A stretch of DNA of 19,224 nucleotides from Candidatus Thorarchaeota archaeon (GTDB lineage: Archaea > Asgardarchaeota > Thorarchaeia > Thorarchaeales > Thorarchaeaceae). Where the stretch lies: assembly GCA_003345555.1 (NCBI GenBank), contig PRDJ01000081.1, forward strand, positions 1 through 19,224. Direction: 5' to 3'. The position numbers were made by a program, and so were the translations under genes. The notes below the pieces were generated by a model that was not told where the DNA came from, did not search any database, and was given only the letters and a program-made list of their open reading frames with translations. Below are positions 8,104 through 14,588 of this stretch, piece after piece (positions within the stretch are counted from its first letter, which is position 1; every line of letters starts with the position of its first letter).

Positions 8104-8597
8104 GAACGATTTCAGTGATTGGTAGCTCTGAGGCCGACGAAAAGACTCTGAAGTTGGCCGACAGCGTGGGGCAGGAAATAGCTAGAAGAGGCGTTGCCCT
8201 AGTTTGCGGTGGACTTGGCGGTGTTATGGAGGCGGCATGCCGTGGTGCCAAAAGACGCAACGGCGTAACGATTGGTCTACTCCCATCAGACAACAAGAAA
8301 GATGCAAATCAGTTTGTCGACATCGTGATTCCCACAGGTTTTGGCTATGCGAGGAATTTCCTTGTCGCGAGAACGGGAGACGCTATTATCGCAATAGGTG
8401 GCCAAGCCGGCACACTCAGCGAAATGGCGATTGGATGGTTCTCGGAAAAGCCTGTCGTAGCAATGGTTCATTCCGGCGGGTGGGCGCAGAGACTGGCCGG
8501 CAGTAGAATCGATGACAAAAGGCAGGACTTGGTCGCTTCGGCAGAAACCCCTGAACAGGCTGTTGATGCAGTGTTCAAAGCGCTAGGTTGGAAATGA
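8094..8597 (+). CDS. TIGR00725-family protein (LOG / DprA-Smf-like Rossmann fold, nucleotide-binding)
   Basis: ISVIGSS, LVCGGLGGVMEAACRGAK, TIGLLP, TGFGYARN, IAIGGQAGTLSE. It overlaps the upstream gene by 10 nt. Confidence 0.92.
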   Translation: MPLRTISVIGSSEADEKTLKLADSVGQEIARRGVALVCGGLGGVMEAACRGAKRRNGVTIGLLPSDNKKDANQFVDIVIPTGFGYARNFLVARTGDAIIAIGGQAGTLSEMAIGWFSEKPVVAMVHSGGWAQRLAGSRIDDKRQDLVASAETPEQAVDAVFKALGWK

Positions 8598-8688
8598 CAG
8601 TGCCACTGAGAGTACATTGTCCCACGACTCAGAATGAAGCAGATGCCAAGTGCGTCAAGTCCACTCAAACACTCAGAAGGAGAGCCCA

Positions 8689-9522
8689 ATGAACAAGAGC
8701 AGTCTGTTGTGGCGGGAGGACCTCTCGGCGGCCGAGATTCAGGAACTAACCTCTCTTGTTGCGGACAAGTATAAGGACGCTCCAAACCTCATTGTAGCAC
8801 CGGACAATGACGTGTTTTACGTGGGGGACCTACATGGCGAGCTGAAATCGGCTCTTGCTGCTCGGGATCTGCTCCTTGACAATCAAGGATCCTGTATGAT
8901 ATTCCTTGGAGACTATGCGGATAGAGGCCCCCAGCAGGTTGAGACCTTCAATCTTGTCTTATCTCTCGCAATAGAATACCCAACGAGAGTCTTCATGTTG
9001 AGAGGAAACCATGAGTCGTCAGAGATTGCTAGAGTATACGGCTTCTACCCGACCGTGTCAGAGCGCTATTCTCATGGGCTGTTTGATAGCTATTGCAGAG
9101 TATTCGAAGTCCTACCCCTTGCGGCGCTGAGTCCGGAAGGGCTCTTCGCGTGCCATGGTGGAGTGCCAGAGCGAGTAACTAGTAGTGAGCAGATACAAGA
9201 GATAGACAGATTCCACCCCAATTTCCCGGATGACACTGCATTCCAGCTCGTATGGAATGACCCAAGGGAAGCGGACTTCCGTTTCAGGCAAAGCTACCGC
9301 TCGGACCGAGCTAGGGAGTTTGGTCGACGTGCTTTCGAGGAGTTTGCCTCAAACCTTGGAATCCAGCTAATGATTAGGGGTCATGAGGCCTTCGAAAATG
9401 GATATCAATACTTCTTCGACGGGAGACTCATGAGTGTCTTTAGCGCTTCTTACGGGGGAGCAGTGAATCCGAAAGTGATTAGAGTCCGAAACGGACTCAA
9501 GATTGAAGTCGTCAGCATCTAA
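8689..9522 (+). CDS. PPP-family Ser/Thr protein phosphatase (PP1/PP2A-like metallophosphoesterase)
   Basis: VGDLHG, FLGDYADRG, LRGNHE, CHGG, LVWNDP, IRGHE. I chose ATG 8689 (5 nt after GGAGA) over the track's GTG 8650. Confidence 0.92.
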   Translation: MNKSSLLWREDLSAAEIQELTSLVADKYKDAPNLIVAPDNDVFYVGDLHGELKSALAARDLLLDNQGSCMIFLGDYADRGPQQVETFNLVLSLAIEYPTRVFMLRGNHESSEIARVYGFYPTVSERYSHGLFDSYCRVFEVLPLAALSPEGLFACHGGVPERVTSSEQIQEIDRFHPNFPDDTAFQLVWNDPREADFRFRQSYRSDRAREFGRRAFEEFASNLGIQLMIRGHEAFENGYQYFFDGRLMSVFSASYGGAVNPKVIRVRNGLKIEVVSI

Positions 9523-9626
9523 ACCGCCTACACAGAAGCAGCTTGATAAGGTCGTATTCCGCGGCCATGCTGCTTTTGGCAAGACTGAACAGGGCGGCTC
9601 AGCGTCCGAAGGGTGAGTGCACGGGA

Positions 9627-10706
9627 ATGACCAAGGTAGCGGTGGTAAAGACATCTCCAAAGACTGTCATCTCAGATATCGCCCGCCTCATGGACTTGGC
9701 CGAGTATGACAGGTCGGTTTCTAGGGACTTTGCCACCACAGTGAAACTCAATCTCTCATGGAGCAAGTTCTATCCCGCGTGTTCGACGAACCCTTACGTG
9801 CTCGACGGCGTACTCAGCAAACTAATCGCTGATGGTTTTAATCCTCGCACGATTCAGGCGGTTGAGAACGAGACCGTTGTGACGAACATCTATCACGGAG
9901 TTCGCAACAACAATTGGTACCCTGTAATAAAGAAGCATGGCATCAAGTTCCTTCCTCTCATCAAGGCCACTTATGTCGATGTCAAGATGCCAAGAAAGAC
10001 CTTGGCGCTCAAGCGAACTTTCGGAGAGACTGTTGCTCCGAAGGAGATTTTCGGAACCAACATAATCCATTTGCCTACTATCAAGACCCACGGTCATACT
10101 CAAATGACCGGAGCAATGAAGGACTCATTCGGCCTTTATTTGACCAAGAACCGACACTTGGCACACTTGCGTCTCCACGAGGTACTCACGGACCTTCTAA
10201 TGCTGCAGAAGACAATCTCTCATTCTGAGTTTGTTGTGACCGACGGCTCAGTCCTCGGTGATGGAGCAGGGCCTCGGACGATGGTGCCCAAGATTGGGAA
10301 TATCCTTCTTGCGACTAATGACATGGTGGCTGCGGATACTGTTCAAACAAGACTGATGGGAATCGACCTCAGGTTGGTGCACATGCTGCGGATCGCAAAC
10401 CAGCTTGGCTTGGGTGAATGCAACCCAGAGAGAATCGAGATAGTTGGTGACTACGAATCATGGGAGGATCTACCAAACTTCCACCTCAAGCCCGCAAAAA
10501 GCCCCGTCATCGTGTGGAACCGAGGGTTCCTGCGGTTTCCTGGCATGGAGACGTTCCTCTTCAGATCACCTCTCATGTGGCTGCCAACTAAGCTTTCAGG
10601 TTTCTATCACGACGGAATCTGGTTGCCATTGCGAGGAAAGAAGTGGGTCAGGTGGTTCCTCAACGAGACGGATTGGGGAGAACTCTGGAAATCCTACTCG
10701 AGCTAG
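9627..10706 (+). CDS. DUF362-domain protein
   Basis: KVAVVKT N-terminus, VKLN, LPTIKTH...TGAMKDSFG, DG...G.GP, GNILLATNDMVAAD, GLGE. ATG 9627 follows a GGGTGA RBS; the track's TTG 9543 extension looks spurious. Confidence 0.85.
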   Translation: MTKVAVVKTSPKTVISDIARLMDLAEYDRSVSRDFATTVKLNLSWSKFYPACSTNPYVLDGVLSKLIADGFNPRTIQAVENETVVTNIYHGVRNNNWYPVIKKHGIKFLPLIKATYVDVKMPRKTLALKRTFGETVAPKEIFGTNIIHLPTIKTHGHTQMTGAMKDSFGLYLTKNRHLAHLRLHEVLTDLLMLQKTISHSEFVVTDGSVLGDGAGPRTMVPKIGNILLATNDMVAADTVQTRLMGIDLRLVHMLRIANQLGLGECNPERIEIVGDYESWEDLPNFHLKPAKSPVIVWNRGFLRFPGMETFLFRSPLMWLPTKLSGFYHDGIWLPLRGKKWVRWFLNETDWGELWKSYSS

Positions 10707-10748
10707 TAAAGGAGTGGTGAGAAAACGCCCGTACGCGACTATATTGTT

Positions 10749-11678
10749 TTGATGCGACCATATCAGTGGTACAAGAACATACTTGTCTTTCTGGCAATCT
10801 TGTTTCTCGAAGTGCCAAAGCAATGGCCGTGGGAAAAGCTGCCTGCAATATTCAATTGGAATTACTACCCTCCACTCATTCTTGGATTTGGGGTCTTCTG
10901 CCTTGTGTCATCTTCGGGATACATACTGAACGATATCAATGACATGGAGAAGGATGCAGCTCATCCTGAAAAGAAGAACAGGCCTCTGCCTTCTGGTCGT
11001 GCCACTGTTCGCAAGGCGGCGTCACTGGCCGTGGTTCTTGCGGGACTTGGACTCTTCATCGGCTATGCCTTGAACAGCGTTTTCTTCTTGATTGTGGTGC
11101 TTTACATTCTGAACTCACAATCGTACAATCTCTACTTGCGTAATCAGGCAATCATCGATGTTGTAGCCATTGCTGTCGGTTTTGTCCTCAGGGCTGTGGC
11201 CGGAACATTCCTGATAGGGGTACCATTCACATCGTGGCTTGTAGTAGGGGTCTTCTTCGTAGCACTAGTGTTAGGATTCGGAAAGAGAAAAAATGAACTT
11301 CAGCTGCTCGGTGACCTAGCTCCGCAGCACAAGAAAGTATTCGAGAATTATACGGACGAGATGCTCAACCAAGGGATCACAATGTCCGCGACATGGGTCG
11401 TTCTATTCTATGCTCTCTACTGCTACGAGAACTTCAAGGATGTCATGATAAATCAGCCAGTCATGATGACGGTGCCAATTGCCGCGGGCATCATTCTGAG
11501 GTATGTCTACTTGATAGAGTCGGGCTCTCCAATCGGAAGAAAGCCTCACCTTGCCCTCGGCGACCGGGGAATACTGGCAGGCGCGATTATCTTCGCCATT
11601 GCACTCCTTTGGTCACTGTTCTTTTGGATTCCCGTTATGGATTTCTTCCGCAACCTGTTCCCTCCTCTGTTTCCGTGA
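10749..11678 (+). CDS. UbiA-superfamily prenyltransferase, decaprenyl-phosphate phosphoribosyltransferase (DPPR synthase)-like
   Basis: MRPYQWYKN, YILNDINDMEKDAAHPEKKNRPLPSG, DV..IAVGFVLRAVAG and GFGKRKNEL are signatures of the Rv3806c-type subfamily rather than quinone or archaeal-lipid UbiAs. About 8-9 TM segments. The exact start is uncertain (see findings). Confidence 0.88.
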   Translation: MMRPYQWYKNILVFLAILFLEVPKQWPWEKLPAIFNWNYYPPLILGFGVFCLVSSSGYILNDINDMEKDAAHPEKKNRPLPSGRATVRKAASLAVVLAGLGLFIGYALNSVFFLIVVLYILNSQSYNLYLRNQAIIDVVAIAVGFVLRAVAGTFLIGVPFTSWLVVGVFFVALVLGFGKRKNELQLLGDLAPQHKKVFENYTDEMLNQGITMSATWVVLFYALYCYENFKDVMINQPVMMTVPIAAGIILRYVYLIESGSPIGRKPHLALGDRGILAGAIIFAIALLWSLFFWIPVMDFFRNLFPPLFP

Positions 11679-11696
11679 TTTCCATAGGTGCTTTCC

Positions 11697-12368
11697 ATGA
11701 ACGACCGGCTCTCGGCATTCGACTTGCACAGTCATACGATTCACTCGAAGGACGGCCTTAGCAACCCGAAGTCGCTATTCACTTGGATGAAGCGGAAGGG
11801 CCTCCGGGGCATGGCAATCACTGAGCACGTTAACCCTTCCATTCTGAGGCCCATCGTCAAGGACAATCGCTTCCTCCTCAACGCTTGCGAGCATATGTCG
11901 ACGGACTATGGCGAAATCATTGGTCTCTTCGTAACCGAACCAATCAAGAACCGGTCTTTCGCAGAAATCGCCGACGACATCAAGGACCAAGGCGCCCTTA
12001 GGGTTCTTCCTCATCCGACAGATCCGCTAAGGAAGGAGAGTGCCATGAGAAAGGGCTTGCCCGAGCGGATGATGGTCCGCCATATTGACTTGGTCGAGGG
12101 CATCAATTCTAGGTGCATGGTTAATCGATTCAATGTTTGGGCACAGCAATTGGCCCAACGGATCGAGAAGCCCGTTACTGCAGGCAGCGATGCGCACTCG
12201 TTTCTTGAGATGGGTCATGCGAGAACATGGCTTCAAGACATACAGGACGTGGACGATATCCATAGGGCTCTGAGACTGGGAAGAACTCAGATAACTGGTC
12301 ACTGTTCGTTCTATCTCTGGCAGATGCCGACAATGATATGGCAGAGAGCTAGGAGGATTGGTCGTTGA
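11697..12368 (+). CDS. Stand-alone PHP-domain metal-dependent phosphoesterase
   Basis: DLHSHTIHSKDG, AITEH, EIIGLF, LPHP, VEGINSR, AGSDAH. ATG 11697 lies 6 nt after AGGTG; the track starts at GTG 11688. Confidence 0.9.
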   Translation: MNDRLSAFDLHSHTIHSKDGLSNPKSLFTWMKRKGLRGMAITEHVNPSILRPIVKDNRFLLNACEHMSTDYGEIIGLFVTEPIKNRSFAEIADDIKDQGALRVLPHPTDPLRKESAMRKGLPERMMVRHIDLVEGINSRCMVNRFNVWAQQLAQRIEKPVTAGSDAHSFLEMGHARTWLQDIQDVDDIHRALRLGRTQITGHCSFYLWQMPTMIWQRARRIGR

Positions 12369-13402
12369 CAGAGAGCCAGTGTGCACCTGCGGAGAGAAGG
12401 AGTTCTCTCATCAGCATCCGCAGGCTCTTGGTGTTTGTCTTTCTCGGAGTCGTCGTTTACATGCTCCTAGGACTTTATGCAAGGGTCGACCAGGTAGCCG
12501 CAGCTCTCGCTTCTGTTCCCATCTGGGTACTACCGATAATGATGGTGCTTTCCTTCCTGAATTATGGTATCCGCTATATGAAATGGCAATATTATCTTCA
12601 TCGCATTGATGTTCGTTTGTCACACTCAGATAGTCTTAGAGTGTTTCTTGCTGGCTTCACACTTACCGCAACACCCGGAAAAATAGGCGAGGCCATCAAA
12701 GGGTACTTCATCAACGATCTGAACGGGACACACGTGGCCAGGACAGCCCCACTTGTGGTTTCGGAACGAGTTACAGACCTGCTTGCTATGGTCATTTTGG
12801 CTCTTGTTGGATTTGGTCTTGGCGCCGAGAGCACCGAGCAGATGGAAACACTGATGCTCCTAGGTGGAATTGTCTTGGTTGCAGCGGTCATCTTAGGACG
12901 GCGCGAGCTCTACGACAGACTCTTGAAGAAGCTGACCTCTCTTGGACCGCTGAAGAGGTTCAGTGATAGCTGTGATGTAATTGAGGATACGATGGCGCGC
13001 AGCTTAGGCCCGAGACCAATGTTCGTAAGCACAGCAATAAGCCTCCCGGGGTGGTTCATGGAGTGTCTTGAACTCTGGCTCTTGCTGAGCATCTTGTCTG
13101 GCGCAGGTCTTCCCTCACTGCAGATTTCATCACTTGTCCTGCTTCTTCAAGCCACTTTCATCCATTGTGCAGCATCGGTCATCGGTGCAGTCACTTTCAT
13201 GCCTGGTGGTCTCGGAACTTACGAGTTAACTTCAATGCTTCTGATGACCAAGCTGATAGGATTGAGTGACCCCGTTGCAGGGGCAGCAACGATTCTCATA
13301 CGTTTCGTGACTCTGTGGTTCAGCGTCATCGTAGGATTCATTGCGCTTGGACTCCTATCTCGCAGAATCAGACATGTCCGAACAGACAAAGGTCAACCTT
13401 AA
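12365..13402 (+). CDS. UPF0104 / lysylphosphatidylglycerol-synthase TM-region family (flippase-like) membrane protein
   Basis: NYGIRYMKWQYYL, TATPGKIGEAIK, VSERVTD, MPGGLGTYE, ATILIRFVTLW. The TTG start overlaps the PHP stop (TTGA). Confidence 0.9.
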   Translation: MTESQCAPAERRSSLISIRRLLVFVFLGVVVYMLLGLYARVDQVAAALASVPIWVLPIMMVLSFLNYGIRYMKWQYYLHRIDVRLSHSDSLRVFLAGFTLTATPGKIGEAIKGYFINDLNGTHVARTAPLVVSERVTDLLAMVILALVGFGLGAESTEQMETLMLLGGIVLVAAVILGRRELYDRLLKKLTSLGPLKRFSDSCDVIEDTMARSLGPRPMFVSTAISLPGWFMECLELWLLLSILSGAGLPSLQISSLVLLLQATFIHCAASVIGAVTFMPGGLGTYELTSMLLMTKLIGLSDPVAGAATILIRFVTLWFSVIVGFIALGLLSRRIRHVRTDKGQP

Positions 13403-13477
13403 AACGCCGGCCACATTGAAGCCCGCCGATTAACCTCAGCCCCCAGGAAGCCGGGTGAGGGCTAGTCCCCCAGTATA

Positions 13478-13484
13478 GGGGTGA
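13478..13484 (+). promoter_or_regulatory. Archaeal ribosome-binding site of tyrS
   Basis: GGGGTGA 6 nt upstream of ATG 13491. Confidence 0.7.
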
Positions 13485-13490
13485 GTACAC

Positions 13491-14537
13491 ATGAGTGTGA
13501 TAAATGAACAGAAAGCTGATGCTGCTTTGACGAAAGCATCTAGTAATGCAGAAGAAGTGGTTACACCAGAGGAACTCAGAGTACTTCTACAGAAACCAAC
13601 ATTCAACTTCTATTATGGTACCGCTCCCACTGGACCGTTCCATTTTGCCTACATCATTCCCCTCAACAAATGCATTGACTTGGCTAACCTTGGTGGGAAG
13701 GGTACGATGCTTATTGCAGACTATCACGCTCACCTAGACGACCAGAAGACCTCCTTCGAGCAGATGGACATCAGATCTAGGTACTATGAGGAATGCATGA
13801 AGGGCGTGCTGGGCCCGTTCACAAAGAAGTTCAAGTTTGTCAGGGGCTCCAGCTACCAGACTAAGCAGGAATACGTTGAGGACATCTTCAAACTCTCGGC
13901 CAAGATAACGACGACCAGAGCAACGCGGGCGGCTAGTGAGGTTGTGAGAATGAAAGACGAACCGAAGGTTTCGGAACTCCTGTACCCCGTCATGCAAATT
14001 CTGGATGTCAAATACCTACAGGCCGACATCAGCGTGGGTGGCAGAGATCAGAGGAACATCTACATGCTGGGTCGTGAGTACTTGGAGGATCTCGGATTCC
14101 AGAAAGGAATCTACATTTTCATGCCGCTACTGCCCTCGCTCAAGGGCGGTGGCTCCAAGATGTCAGCAAGCGACCCTCTATCACATATCAGAGTCACTGA
14201 TACCCCGGAGAGGATTAGAACCACAATGTCCAAAGCCTACTGCCCTGCTGGTGTGCTGGAGCAGAACGCAGTCACCTCGACAGTGTCGTGGATTATCCTC
14301 CCGAGATATGGTAAGTTCATGATTCCTAGGAAGCAGAAGTTCGGGGGCGATATAGAGTTCACATCTGCTGCCGATTTCGAAAAGGCGTACAAGGAAAACA
14401 AGCTGCATCCTGAGGATGTCAAAGAGGCGGTCATCTCGAAGCTGTGCGAGATGCTAGAGCCGGCTAGGAAGTACTTCGAATCGCATCCGGACATTCTAGC
14501 CGAAGTAGAACGTACCTACGGTGAAAAAAGGGCTTAG
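13491..14537 (+). CDS. tyrS: Tyrosine--tRNA ligase (archaeal/eukaryotic cytosolic type)
   Basis: YYGTAPTG-x-x-HFAY (HIGH equivalent), IADYHAHLD, LLYPVMQILD, GGRDQR, KMSAS (KMSKS equivalent), KAYCP, LHPEDVK. Confidence 0.96.
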   Translation: MSVINEQKADAALTKASSNAEEVVTPEELRVLLQKPTFNFYYGTAPTGPFHFAYIIPLNKCIDLANLGGKGTMLIADYHAHLDDQKTSFEQMDIRSRYYEECMKGVLGPFTKKFKFVRGSSYQTKQEYVEDIFKLSAKITTTRATRAASEVVRMKDEPKVSELLYPVMQILDVKYLQADISVGGRDQRNIYMLGREYLEDLGFQKGIYIFMPLLPSLKGGGSKMSASDPLSHIRVTDTPERIRTTMSKAYCPAGVLEQNAVTSTVSWIILPRYGKFMIPRKQKFGGDIEFTSAADFEKAYKENKLHPEDVKEAVISKLCEMLEPARKYFESHPDILAEVERTYGEKRA

Positions 14538-14548
14538 AGAAAGAGAGA

Positions 14549-14575
14549 CCTAGGCGGCGACTCGCACCGCCTAGG
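14549..14575. terminator. Bidirectional terminator-like hairpin between convergent genes
   Basis: CCTAGGCGG-(9 nt)-CCGCCTAGG is a perfect 9-bp stem. It is followed by pyrimidine/T-rich sequence on both strands (TTCACCTGTTTTCT on +, TCTCTCTTTCTCT on -). Confidence 0.65.
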
Positions 14576-14588
14576 CTTCACCTGTTTT

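Noticed and set aside
9627-12368. DUF362, UbiA and PHP all share one reading frame, suggesting a readthrough polyprotein
   Set aside because: Each junction has two in-frame stops (TAG-TAA; TGA...TAG), and three consecutive genes share a frame by chance 1 time in 9.
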